A DNA stretch of 64,000 nucleotides from Alphaproteobacteria bacterium (GCA_017471445.1 JAFUTJ010000008.1:112382-176381), one strand, 5' to 3'; counted from the first letter of the stretch, positions 19,462-29,149 are shown. Notes: generated by a model from the sequence alone, not told the origin. Numbers and translations: made by a program.

Positions 19462-20505
19462 ATGGATACATTAAATCTAAGCATCGCCGTCAGATTATTG
19501 CGCAATTCTGGTTTTAATGTTTTGGGCGCAGACAGTGCTTTCTTGTATTTAGAAGACCCATCATGCATCCTGCGCAGTTTTCAGACCTTTGCCGAATATA
19601 TGTGGATTATTATTTGCTGTATTACGGGAATATTGCTGTTTGGGTGGGGAATTTCACTGATTCGCGGTGCCAAGAATGATATTTTCACAAATATGCGTAA
19701 TTTAGCCCTTATATTTGGTATACTTGGGGCGGCGGGACCAATTATAAACACGATTTATGGGGATAATTTGTTTGGCCGTGGTTGCAATACAATCAAGATT
19801 TCACAATCCGCCGTGGCCGAATTATTAGATGCCCGTAACGCAACACTGAACAAACACGGCAAAAACGAATTATACGAAGAATTTGATATGTATGATTCGG
19901 GACCAACGTATTACGATGAAGACATATTTGATACCAATGTTATGGATGATTACCCCGACGATGCCATAGCCGACACACCAACCGTCGTACGCGATGGAAC
20001 ACCACCATCACATGATGATACGCATTTGACATCCGATGGCGGTGCGGGAATCGGAACAACAACAACCGCACCACACAATGCCAGCAATGGCACATCCCGG
20101 AACGAGGTTATTTACACACGCCCCGACGGTTCACGATATAAACACGTTGGCGGCAGTCGCGCATGGCGCAACAATAATCCAGGCAACCTGCGCGGTGGTG
20201 ATACATCCATTGGCACCGCCGGTGGCTTTGCCGTATTTGCCAGTGAATCAGACGGAATGCGCGCGTTGCATAAGTTATTACGTACGCCAAACTATCAACG
20301 GTTAAGTATTCTGGACGCAATGAAACGATATGCACCTGCATCAGATAATAACCGCCCCGTCCAATATGCCCAGAAAATCGCATCACGCGCAGGCGTTTCA
20401 ATAAACACAAAATTATCACAATTGAACGACACACAAATGGATGCCGTTGCAAATACAATTCGCACCGTCGAAGGGTGGACGCCCGGCAAAATTGTGGAAA
20501 TGTAA
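19462..20505 (+). CDS. membrane protein with C-terminal conserved WRNNNPGN-motif domain
   Basis: Two or three predicted TM helices, an acidic linker, then GGSRAWRNNNPGNLRGG...GGFAVFASESDGMRAL...YAPASDNN. I recognise the domain pattern from phage or secreted proteins but cannot name it. Confidence 0.5.
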   Translation: MDTLNLSIAVRLLRNSGFNVLGADSAFLYLEDPSCILRSFQTFAEYMWIIICCITGILLFGWGISLIRGAKNDIFTNMRNLALIFGILGAAGPIINTIYGDNLFGRGCNTIKISQSAVAELLDARNATLNKHGKNELYEEFDMYDSGPTYYDEDIFDTNVMDDYPDDAIADTPTVVRDGTPPSHDDTHLTSDGGAGIGTTTTAPHNASNGTSRNEVIYTRPDGSRYKHVGGSRAWRNNNPGNLRGGDTSIGTAGGFAVFASESDGMRALHKLLRTPNYQRLSILDAMKRYAPASDNNRPVQYAQKIASRAGVSINTKLSQLNDTQMDAVANTIRTVEGWTPGKIVEM

Positions 20506-20520
20506 CAAGAGGTAAATGGA

Positions 20521-21168
20521 ATGAAAAACCAACGTGGTGATATTAAGTTAACAGTACTGATGATTTTGGCCATCGGTATGTTATTTGCAATAATTTATAT
20601 GTTACGCACAAATACGTCACGTGTTGGGAACGCGGTTGGCATATCGTCACCAACAACCACACCAATTGATAATGATGCGAAAATAAATACCTCTGTAACC
20701 ACGTTGAATGAATATTCTGATTCAGAATTTAACGATGGCCTGGGGCGTGCCGACAAGACTGAAAAATATGAATTGGATGAAATTGGGGCCGGGTTGGCAG
20801 AAATTGTTGAATTTAATCGCGACATAAATTCTGATGGTATGATTGACCGTATAACGCGCCGCCGTATTGAAAATGGCACACCACATTTTTATTATCAATA
20901 TACTATTGAAATTCGCCGCAACGCGTCGTTTATTGATATTACCCCGCCCGACATGCAAACGGTCGAAGGGGCCGACTGTGCACTGCGAAAATTCCGGTTT
21001 ATGTTTCAACCGAAATTTAGCATACAAAAAATTGACCGCCCAATGGGCGATACATGGAATACACCAACCCCGGCCATTCAGACAATATATAAATTAAATG
21101 GTGAAAAATTGGTTGAATCGTCACCGCGTGACATGGGCACCGTATGTGATGTTGGCGAATTATTTTAA
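20521..21168 (+). CDS. membrane-anchored/exported hypothetical protein
   Basis: N-terminal TM segment LTVLMILAIGMLFAIIYML. No recognised domain. Confidence 0.45.
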   Translation: MKNQRGDIKLTVLMILAIGMLFAIIYMLRTNTSRVGNAVGISSPTTTPIDNDAKINTSVTTLNEYSDSEFNDGLGRADKTEKYELDEIGAGLAEIVEFNRDINSDGMIDRITRRRIENGTPHFYYQYTIEIRRNASFIDITPPDMQTVEGADCALRKFRFMFQPKFSIQKIDRPMGDTWNTPTPAIQTIYKLNGEKLVESSPRDMGTVCDVGELF

Positions 21169-21840
21169 CAATTGCATATTACGCGCAGAATATAAAACAT
21201 CACCTGCGACCAAGAAATGGTCATACAACCGGATTCCAAACACATTTAACAGACGCTGAATCTCGTGCGTCATTTCAATATCATCATGTGAAAATGAACG
21301 GCCAGATATTGGATGATTATGAACAATAACAACACTGGTTGAATTTTGTTCTAATGCACATTTTACAATTTCACGTGGATACACCGCCGCCCAATCACTG
21401 GTACCGCAACTGTGCGTATCGTCACGCAGTATATGCATATCACTGTCCAGGTAAATTACATGAAATTCTTCTACGGCCTTGCCATTCAATAATAATCTGC
21501 AATAGTCTGCCAATAAATTTTCATCATGAAATATCGGCCGTTCATCCAAGCGTTTTCTGTAACCGACCAAAACAATATTGTGAATTACCTTTAAGAACAA
21601 CGCCGTACTGTGGCCGATACCGGGGAATTTTTCTAATTCATCACGCGATGCAGTCAATATTTGGTATATTCCGCCATATTTTTGCAACAACCCACGCGCC
21701 AACGGCCGCACATCGCGCCGTGGGATTGCATATCCCAATAACAATTCCAACAATTCATAATCTGCCAACTTTCCGTCTATGAATTTTTGACGTAGACGGC
21801 CACGATGACCACTGTAAAAATTATCGTCGGCACCAAACAT
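21160..21840 (-). CDS. radC: RadC-like JAB domain protein
   Basis: HhH-like region GIGHSTALFLK and JAMM-like VHNHPISGRSFSHDD. The ATG at 21840 overlaps the map stop (TAATG). Confidence 0.8.
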   Translation of the reverse strand: MFGADDNFYSGHRGRLRQKFIDGKLADYELLELLLGYAIPRRDVRPLARGLLQKYGGIYQILTASRDELEKFPGIGHSTALFLKVIHNIVLVGYRKRLDERPIFHDENLLADYCRLLLNGKAVEEFHVIYLDSDMHILRDDTHSCGTSDWAAVYPREIVKCALEQNSTSVVIVHNHPISGRSFSHDDIEMTHEIQRLLNVFGIRLYDHFLVAGDVLYSARNMQLLK

Positions 21841-22601
21841 TACACTGCGCGTTCCGTAAATATTATAACGCCATCTTCGGTAATCCCCAGGGTATGTTCC
21901 CATTGCGCCGACAAACCGCCATCAACCGTACGCGCGGTCCAACCATCGGCATCAATCTTGCATTCTGGTCGTCCTGTATTAATCATTGGTTCAATTGTAA
22001 ACACCAAACCCGGCACCATTTTAACCCGATCCCACATCTTGTCATAAAAATGATAAATTTGCGGGTCATCATGCATAACCTTGCCAATGCCATGGCCCAC
22101 AAAGTCCCGCGATATTGAAAAACCGTGCGGCTTAACAACGGATTCAATCGTTTTGCCAATTTCAGACAACGGCACACCCGGCGCACAAATTGATATTGCC
22201 GCATTCAGTGCATCTTGACATGTCTGAACCAATTCGCGGGCGCGCGGGGACACGTTACCAATCATAAACATGCGCGACGCGTCACCATGGAATCCCTTGT
22301 ATTCTGCGGTCAAATCAACATTTACAATATCGCCATCTTTTAATATTTCATTATCGTTTGGAATTCCATGTACAATAACATCATTTACCGACGTACAAAT
22401 ATGCTTTGGGAATCCGTGATAACCAAAATCAGACGACCGGGCCCCATTTTCCCGCAAGAATTCTGCAACCATGCGGTCAATTTCACCGGTTGAAATTCCC
22501 GCCCGAATATGTGGCGTAATAAAATCAAAACACCGTGCAACCAAATCGCCAGATGCACGCAAACGCTTAAAATCCTTGGGGGCATATACAGATGATAACA
22601 T
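21840..22601 (-). CDS. map: type I methionine aminopeptidase
   Basis: The metal-ligand context (DIVNVDLT, HGIG, FTIEP, WEHT) is collinear with MAP-1. Confidence 0.92.
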   Translation of the reverse strand: MLSSVYAPKDFKRLRASGDLVARCFDFITPHIRAGISTGEIDRMVAEFLRENGARSSDFGYHGFPKHICTSVNDVIVHGIPNDNEILKDGDIVNVDLTAEYKGFHGDASRMFMIGNVSPRARELVQTCQDALNAAISICAPGVPLSEIGKTIESVVKPHGFSISRDFVGHGIGKVMHDDPQIYHFYDKMWDRVKMVPGLVFTIEPMINTGRPECKIDADGWTARTVDGGLSAQWEHTLGITEDGVIIFTERAV

Positions 22602-22603
22602 TA

Positions 22604-23593
22604 TTAATTCCTTTGTTTAATTGACATTTTTGCGGCCCGCACAGCCAGTTTTAATGCAAAATCACGCAACAATATATCGGCGGGCATTCCGGTTGTGCGC
22701 ATTTGCTTTTCCAATTCGTTCAATCGCACCAAGACCGCGCTGATTTCATCTGCGGTCCAAAATTTCACCGCACGATTAAATTTTTCGGCAACTTTCCAAA
22801 ACAGACGTGGCAATTGCCCATCAACCACCGCCGTCAACAATTTCTTGAAATGCGAATCCAGCATTCGCACCAACATATTCGGTTCGGCATTATCATACAG
22901 CAACCGGTCCAATGCCTGCATTGTCTGGTTTACATATCCGGCGGTTAACGAATACAGAAAATCATCTGTATCCGCCGCACCCGTATCAGGCAAACATTTT
23001 TCCACATCTTCCAATTCAATGATTTTTTTATCATCAACATACAATGCAATTTTCGCCAAGAATCCACGCGTAATTCCGCGGTCCCCGCCCAGGTGCGATG
23101 TCATATACGCCATTGCGTCGGGTGTAATTTGTTGAATACCGGCGGCGGCCGACAATTCACCGCGAATTAACGCCGCCAACGAACGCGCATCATCGGTATA
23201 GCATGCCAACGCCGCAACATTATCGCCCCCTTCGAACATTGTGCGCAATGCACCACCCGCGCGCAAATCGCCCGCCGCAACAATCACGGTCGCACACAGT
23301 CCCGAATGGTTCACCAATTCTGAAATATTTTTTGCCGCCGCGTCACCCGCCCCCGACACAATGACCATTTTACGGCCACCGAACATTGACGGACTGCAAC
23401 TTTCTGCAAACAACGCGTCTTCTTTTTCCCGCCATTCATCCGCGTCCAGCGCAAACAGATTATCCTTTTCTATCCCCAGTTTTTTTATCGCCCTGTCACA
23501 AAATTCATCCACCTGGCCACCGTCGGGCCCATATACCAGCACCGCGCGAATTTTTTCAATACCGTTGTTAAAGTCCGCTTCTTTCCATTTCAT
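22604..23593 (-). CDS. holA: DNA polymerase III delta subunit
   Basis: LVYGPDGGQVDEF N-terminus, ~330 aa, and position downstream of lptE as in many proteobacteria. Confidence 0.75.
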   Translation of the reverse strand: MKWKEADFNNGIEKIRAVLVYGPDGGQVDEFCDRAIKKLGIEKDNLFALDADEWREKEDALFAESCSPSMFGGRKMVIVSGAGDAAAKNISELVNHSGLCATVIVAAGDLRAGGALRTMFEGGDNVAALACYTDDARSLAALIRGELSAAAGIQQITPDAMAYMTSHLGGDRGITRGFLAKIALYVDDKKIIELEDVEKCLPDTGAADTDDFLYSLTAGYVNQTMQALDRLLYDNAEPNMLVRMLDSHFKKLLTAVVDGQLPRLFWKVAEKFNRAVKFWTADEISAVLVRLNELEKQMRTTGMPADILLRDFALKLAVRAAKMSIKQRN

Positions 23594-24075
23594 TATTTAT
23601 CGTTATCTGCGTCTGTTTCATACCGGCGCGTTTCTGCAATTGCGCGTGCACCGATTTTATTCCCCAGCACGTTTATAGTATTTTTTACTGCATTGTTATA
23701 TGATGCGTTTGCCGCAACCAAGTATCGCACAAATGTGTAACTTTCCGACGCAACTTCGGTTCCGGATGCAATTTGTTTCCCATTATGTGTTAATGTATAT
23801 GTTGCACGCATAGAAATTTCCTGCCATGTGGCATCACCGGTTGGGTTTAATGCCTTGTACTTGGTACTGGGGCCCATCAGGTTAACCTTTAACACATATG
23901 GTGCGGTTGCATCTTTTTGTCCACCGAATTGGGCATTCAATGCATTACGCAGTTCAATACCATTTACACCACTGACCGGTGCGACATATATGTCGGCAAT
24001 GTTATCAGAATACATTGGACGAAATCCGCATCCGGCCATTGCAAGCACCAACAAAAAGAATATAATTTTGCGCAT
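23593..24075 (-). CDS. lptE: LPS-assembly lipoprotein LptE
   Basis: Lipobox LAMAGCGFRPMY, ~160 aa, lptE-holA synteny. Start moved to MRKIIFF (24075). Confidence 0.7.
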   Translation of the reverse strand: MRKIIFFLLVLAMAGCGFRPMYSDNIADIYVAPVSGVNGIELRNALNAQFGGQKDATAPYVLKVNLMGPSTKYKALNPTGDATWQEISMRATYTLTHNGKQIASGTEVASESYTFVRYLVAANASYNNAVKNTINVLGNKIGARAIAETRRYETDADNDK

Positions 24076-24147
24076 CGGTAATTCTGTTTTCCTGTTGCAA
24101 TTTACCTGTATATTACCTAGACTTTTAGTAAATCGCAAGGGGGAAAG

Positions 24148-25389
24148 ATGAATATTTTTCTGATGCTGTTGGCATTTTTATTCATGGGCACATATTACAT
24201 GTTATCTGGACCGTCATTACACCGGGAAACACATACGGTTGAATATGCGATAACCCAGGCCGATTTACGCGGCATTGCCGAATGCACTGCGGCGGTACAT
24301 AACGCATCAATCCGTGGTGGGGAATTTGATGACCAATGCGTTTCAGAAAATGGTATTACCAGCCTGTTTGTATGTCTAAACAAATCGCTGGATGTTACAG
24401 ATTGCAACGCATCAACCGGTCGCCGCCCGGTATTTAGTTACATTGTCACCGCGACATCACCGATACCAATGGACCAATATAACAACATGATGGAAATAAT
24501 GGACAAATACTATTCCGATGCGGGCACATTTGGGATATTTTCCGATGGCACAATTGCATCTGGGGGCACGGCCAGTCGCCGTATCGTCCCACGTGGTGTA
24601 ATTACAAAAATGGAATTAACCGCCGGTCAATTGGTATACATGACGCAATATGAAATTCCTGATGCAGATATTGAATTTACAGACCCAGAATCCGCCGATA
24701 TTTCATGCCCCGGCGGCACGATAAAGACATACCGCTTTGGCCGGTGGCAATGCGTGACCCATAATATGAAATCTGATTGTGGTGGCGATATGATATGGAA
24801 TTCGACTTTATATGAATGCGTCCCCGATGAATCGCGCAAGCCATTGTGTGCATCCAAACAAACGGCGGTTATTGTTGACGATGTATGGGAATGCATTGAC
24901 CCATTCCCAGAACAGAGCTGCGCCACCAACATGATATCGCGATTAAATTATGAAACACTGGAATGGGAATGTGTTCCTGACCCGGCGGCAACGGTTGATA
25001 CAAAAAAGTGCGCGGCGGCAACACGTGGTGTTGTATACGGTGGCATTGGGGCAACATTACGTGTTTCGGCGGCATCGTCATGCACCGATTGCGAACGTAT
25101 GATAATTGATTCTGAAACATGCGCATCTGCGTGCGTTCCCGACCCGGCTAAGATTAATTTACCCGCGTGCTATCCCGGAACAATTTCAGAATGCAGTGGC
25201 CCATCACGCGCATTTTATTTTGGTTTTACAAATGCATCCGCGGCGACAGGTGTGGATGCACTGAAAAATGCATATATACCAATTGATAAATCACATTCCC
25301 AGAATCGCCGCTTTAATTGCATGGACTGTGGTGCGGGCGAAATTGATTCTGCGCGTTCTGTTCCACCATACACCGCCATTTGTAAATAG
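24148..25389 (+). CDS. membrane-anchored Cys-rich repeat protein
   Basis: N-terminal TM helix. Five copies of a W/Y-x-C-V/I-x-D/P module: RWQCVTHN, LYECVPDE, VWECIDPF, EWECVPDP, ASACVPDP. Roughly 25-30 cysteines. Confidence 0.55.
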   Translation: MNIFLMLLAFLFMGTYYMLSGPSLHRETHTVEYAITQADLRGIAECTAAVHNASIRGGEFDDQCVSENGITSLFVCLNKSLDVTDCNASTGRRPVFSYIVTATSPIPMDQYNNMMEIMDKYYSDAGTFGIFSDGTIASGGTASRRIVPRGVITKMELTAGQLVYMTQYEIPDADIEFTDPESADISCPGGTIKTYRFGRWQCVTHNMKSDCGGDMIWNSTLYECVPDESRKPLCASKQTAVIVDDVWECIDPFPEQSCATNMISRLNYETLEWECVPDPAATVDTKKCAAATRGVVYGGIGATLRVSAASSCTDCERMIIDSETCASACVPDPAKINLPACYPGTISECSGPSRAFYFGFTNASAATGVDALKNAYIPIDKSHSQNRRFNCMDCGAGEIDSARSVPPYTAICK

Positions 25390-25392
25390 TGT

Positions 25393-26418
25393 TTATATCA
25401 GATTCTTTCGCAATTGTTGCACCAAATCTTGATTTGTTGTATGCGAAACATGTCGCATTATAAATTGTCGTAAATTATATGTGCATGCCCACTTTATCCA
25501 CCCGCGGGCGGCGGCAATGCGTCCAATGGCCAATGGTCGCGTATCATTACTTGTAATAATTCGTATAATACGTCGGCGAATTTTTAACGCGCCACGTCGG
25601 CGCAACATTATAAATCGTGGGAAATGCCGATACCCGATAAAAGATACGCCACACGCAACCCGCCCGACATTAAAGCGTGAAAAATCCATATTCAGTTTTT
25701 CACGCACAAATTCGCGAATGCGCCACGCCGCAACATGCAACATATGTGAATCATTACCATACAAACAGAAATCGTCACAATATCGAATATAGTCATGCCA
25801 TCGCAACACATGCTTAACAAACATATCCAGTTCATTCATATATACATTTCCCAACCATTGACTGGTCAGGTTTCCAATCGGCATATTTTTACCGGCCCCG
25901 CCCGACCGCACGATATTTTCCAGCAACGCGACAATCCGTACATCATTAATTTTATGACGAATTATTTGCATCAAAATTTCATGGTCAATTGACGGATAGA
26001 ATTTACGAATATCGCATTGCAAAACATACTTGTTCCGGCGCACAAATTGCATTGTTCGTTTTGATGCGGCGTGCAATCCGCGTCCTGAAATACACGCATA
26101 TGAATCACGAACAAACATACGTTGCCATATTGGCCCCAGAATGTTTATCAACGCATGTTGAACAATATGGTCGGGGTACAATGGTAATACGTATATCAGG
26201 CGTTCCTTGGGCTCAAACACACGGAACGTGCGATATTGCGACGTTGTATATTCCCCGCGCATTAACTGTTCGCGCAATCGTCGCAGGTTGCCATTGCGAT
26301 TGGCCATAAATGCACGCACGGCCCGGCGGGACTTTTTATTTTTAATTGCGCGCCGCGCCGCCAGGTCAAAATTTTCGGTTGAAATAAATTGATTCCAAAG
26401 ATTTTTGTATGTTTTCAT
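25393..26418 (-). CDS. reverse transcriptase, diversity-generating-retroelement (DGR) type
   Basis: EPKERLIY, DHIVQHALINIL, SYACISGRGLHAA, DIRKFYPSIDH, PIGNLTSQWLGNVY (DGR-diagnostic GxxxSQ), YIRYCDDF (YxDD box with Cys) and FIGYRHFP. Collinear along its whole length with Bordetella phage BPP-1 bRT as I recall it. Start moved to MKTYKNLWNQF (26418). Confidence 0.85.
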   Translation of the reverse strand: MKTYKNLWNQFISTENFDLAARRAIKNKKSRRAVRAFMANRNGNLRRLREQLMRGEYTTSQYRTFRVFEPKERLIYVLPLYPDHIVQHALINILGPIWQRMFVRDSYACISGRGLHAASKRTMQFVRRNKYVLQCDIRKFYPSIDHEILMQIIRHKINDVRIVALLENIVRSGGAGKNMPIGNLTSQWLGNVYMNELDMFVKHVLRWHDYIRYCDDFCLYGNDSHMLHVAAWRIREFVREKLNMDFSRFNVGRVACGVSFIGYRHFPRFIMLRRRGALKIRRRIIRIITSNDTRPLAIGRIAAARGWIKWACTYNLRQFIMRHVSHTTNQDLVQQLRKNLI

Positions 26419-26453
26419 TAATTGTTGGCTGTGGTATTTTGGGACAAATATTA

Positions 26454-26579
26454 CAATCACATGACCCACAATGTCCCACCAAAGACCAATGCAAATTGCA
26501 CCAACGTTTTTATTATCACGACACAAACAACCGCAGAAAATAACGTGGCACGATATTCTTGCTGTTTTTTGTTAAACAT
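26454..26579 (-). CDS. possible 41-aa hydrophobic micro-protein (speculative)
   Basis: ATG at 26579 gives MFNKKQQEYRATLFSAVVCVVIIKTLVQFALVFGGTLWVM. It has one TM-like helix and a weak RBS, and lies in the RT upstream spacer. Confidence 0.2.
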
Positions 26580-26585
26580 ACCACG

Positions 26586-27479
26586 TCACTTTTCCTGGGT
26601 CGCGATACGATTCTTCCAGAAATTGTTACGTTGGTTGTTTAATTTTGCAATTTCTGCCGTGACCCGTTCAATACGGTCGTTATATTCTGCAATATCAAAT
26701 TCTGCCTCTTTTATTTCTGCGGGCGATTCTGTCAACCGATTTACCATAATCCAATCTTCTATATTGCGGACGGATTGATGTAACCTTTCTTTCTGTTCTT
26801 CTTTTTGATGCAAATCAGATTCAATCGCATCGTATGCCATGGTATCAAATATAGAAATCTGGTATACTGCATTGTTGCGCGTTGGAACGGTTGTCCGGGG
26901 GCCATGACGCATATTTATATTTGCAATAATTTCGTCTGCACGCGCCCCGCCCGCACGTAAATCTGCCACATTGCATTCGGCAACAAAACGAAAGCAATCA
27001 CGGATATTTGCCAATGCATGATATCCCCGATTCATATGACCGTTATCTTGGATATATATTGTAACATACCCATTATTGTGCGTTCGTAACACATCATTCC
27101 ATTTACCGTTATTAAAACGGTTATTATTCATAAAATTAATTAAATAGTGTCGCAACTGGTTCAATTGCACATTATATTCACGTCCCCGACAAAATCGCAT
27201 AATATTGTTATGCCCATTAAACACGAACGGCGAACTTGTACCCCAACGCCCCGGGTTATATGACATTTGGGACCATAACGCGTTACAAATTGCATCACCA
27301 TCAATTTTACCAATATAAATCTCATCAAAACGGATGGGGTTATCATACCTTTCGCCAAGTTTCAGACGTGTCACCGACGCACTTAAATCCGCCGCTGAAA
27401 ATTCACCAACATATTTGGTTTGCGTATTGTAACGAATAACATCTTCGTAACAGGAATATTTTGATTTTTTGCGTGCCAT
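26586..27479 (-). CDS. hypothetical protein with Asn-rich globular N-domain and coiled-coil C-terminus
   Basis: 297-aa ORF directly upstream of the RT on the same strand. The C-terminal ~85 aa are predicted helical (EEQKERLHQSVRNIEDW...IERVTAEIAKLNN). No recognised family. Confidence 0.5.
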   Translation of the reverse strand: MARKKSKYSCYEDVIRYNTQTKYVGEFSAADLSASVTRLKLGERYDNPIRFDEIYIGKIDGDAICNALWSQMSYNPGRWGTSSPFVFNGHNNIMRFCRGREYNVQLNQLRHYLINFMNNNRFNNGKWNDVLRTHNNGYVTIYIQDNGHMNRGYHALANIRDCFRFVAECNVADLRAGGARADEIIANINMRHGPRTTVPTRNNAVYQISIFDTMAYDAIESDLHQKEEQKERLHQSVRNIEDWIMVNRLTESPAEIKEAEFDIAEYNDRIERVTAEIAKLNNQRNNFWKNRIATQEK

Positions 27480-27556
27480 ACAATCCCCCCATGGTTATAA
27501 CCCGGTTCATTATATATATAGCACGCATTAACGCTTTTGTCAATATTTGTCAACAA

Positions 27557-29149
27557 TCATATGTCGTTACGCGTAAATTTTCCAGAATCCAGCATATCGC
27601 GCACCATAAAATGACGAATCTTTTTTGCCGATGTCATTGGTAATTCATCGGTTGTGATGGCAAAGTGACCGACCCACTTGTACGGCGCAATTTTCAGGTT
27701 TGATGCCCGCACCAACAATGAAACCGTATCAATTGTGGTACCCGGCTTTACCTGAAACACCGCGAACGGAACAATTTTACCATTTATCGTATACTCAAAC
27801 ACTGCGGCCGCCAATATTTCCGGGTTTTGCAAATACAAGTCTTCCAATTCATCGGGGTAAACGTTTTTACCACTGTCCAAAACAATAACCTGTTTCTGAC
27901 GTCCACGCACAATCAGACGCCCACGCCGGTCGCGCATGCCCACATCGCCGGTGCGAAACCATCCATCTGGGGTAAACGCATCGCGATTCGCCGCGTCGTT
28001 ATCGATATAGCCCGGCATTAACATATTCCCCCGAAACCATATTTCACCAATACCATCGCGATTGGGATTATTAATCTTAATCTCGTTCCCACGCAGTGGC
28101 CCTGCATAATGTGTGCCGCGACCATCGGGATTTGGCACCGCCCAATTAAACAATGCCGGCCCCGTTGTTTCGGTTAAACCATAGCAATCACCCACCGAAA
28201 AACCCATGCGTTCGTAAAACTTGCGAATCGATGGCTTTAACGTTGCGCCCGCCGATACCAGCACGCGCGTATTTCCACCAAATGCATCATGCACCGGCCG
28301 CGTTACGCGCCGCACAACACACCCCAGCCCACACGCACGCAATATATGCCGCATTGATATAATGCAACGCATTAACGTCCATGCATGCTTGTCCCGTGCC
28401 GAATCGACAATTTTTTTATAAAACACTTCCCAAATACGGGGAACCGCGGGAATAACCTCTGGCTTGTACTGTTTCCAGTCTTTGATAAATTCTTGCGGTT
28501 TTAATACAGGTTGCAGCAATAATTTACACTGTAAACACACAGGAACGATTATATTTATCACCACACCATATATATGATACAGTGGTAAAAAACCATAAAA
28601 TGTAAAGCCCGGACGCACAACATGCGCATAAAAATACGCCCCGTTTACCAACCCCAACAGGTTGCCATGCGTGATACCAACAACTTTTGGATTTCCGGTG
28701 GACCCAGATGTGAACGATAACTGGGCAATATCGGCCGGACCAACATCGGCGGCAACAAAATCTGATTCGTCTGTGTCATCAATGTTTTCGATATCAAACA
28801 TCTGAAAACCCGCATCATCGAATCTGTGTACGGCATCTGCCAAAACCAATTTACAATTTGTGCGGCGAATCATATTCACGTGTTCCACACGCGCCAACCC
28901 AGTATCCAACATTAAACATTTTGCACCGATTGCCGTAATTGCATAATACGACCGAACAAAATCCGGCGTATTACCCGACAATATTCCAACCGTATCACCA
29001 CGGCGAATACCAAAACGCTGGGCCAATAATACCGCACGACGCTTTACCTTGGTCAATAAATCTGAATATGTTTCATTCTGGCGCACAAAGAATATGTTGT
29101 CGCGATTGCGCGCACAAACATCCGCCAACATTTCATAAATATTTTTCAT
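27557..29149 (-). CDS. AMP-dependent synthetase/ligase (long-chain fatty-acid-CoA ligase-like)
   Basis: AMP-binding signature SFTSGSTGNPKVV, then YGLTET and GWFRTGD. Confidence 0.85.
   Translation of the reverse strand: MKNIYEMLADVCARNRDNIFFVRQNETYSDLLTKVKRRAVLLAQRFGIRRGDTVGILSGNTPDFVRSYYAITAIGAKCLMLDTGLARVEHVNMIRRTNCKLVLADAVHRFDDAGFQMFDIENIDDTDESDFVAADVGPADIAQLSFTSGSTGNPKVVGITHGNLLGLVNGAYFYAHVVRPGFTFYGFLPLYHIYGVVINIIVPVCLQCKLLLQPVLKPQEFIKDWKQYKPEVIPAVPRIWEVFYKKIVDSARDKHAWTLMRCIISMRHILRACGLGCVVRRVTRPVHDAFGGNTRVLVSAGATLKPSIRKFYERMGFSVGDCYGLTETTGPALFNWAVPNPDGRGTHYAGPLRGNEIKINNPNRDGIGEIWFRGNMLMPGYIDNDAANRDAFTPDGWFRTGDVGMRDRRGRLIVRGRQKQVIVLDSGKNVYPDELEDLYLQNPEILAAAVFEYTINGKIVPFAVFQVKPGTTIDTVSLLVRASNLKIAPYKWVGHFAITTDELPMTSAKKIRHFMVRDMLDSGKFTRNDI

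Noticed and set aside
18435-19568. 377-aa Ser-rich ORF on the minus strand
   Set aside because: It is the antisense shadow of the acidic low-complexity gene 18418-19455. It would overlap the start of the next plus-strand gene. It has no ordered termini, whereas the plus-strand product has plausible ordered N- and C-terminal segments.
26419-26585. The RT upstream spacer as the DGR template repeat, with tentative partial matches elsewhere (TTCTGCGGTT at 3474-3483; AATTGCACCA at 42359-42368; AAATTGCACC at 43335-43344)
   Set aside because: The matches are only about 10 nt, do not extend, and their mismatches are not confined to adenines. The spacer is not AAC-rich. These are treated as chance matches, so the TR/VR question is left open and belongs to the DGR-type RT finding.
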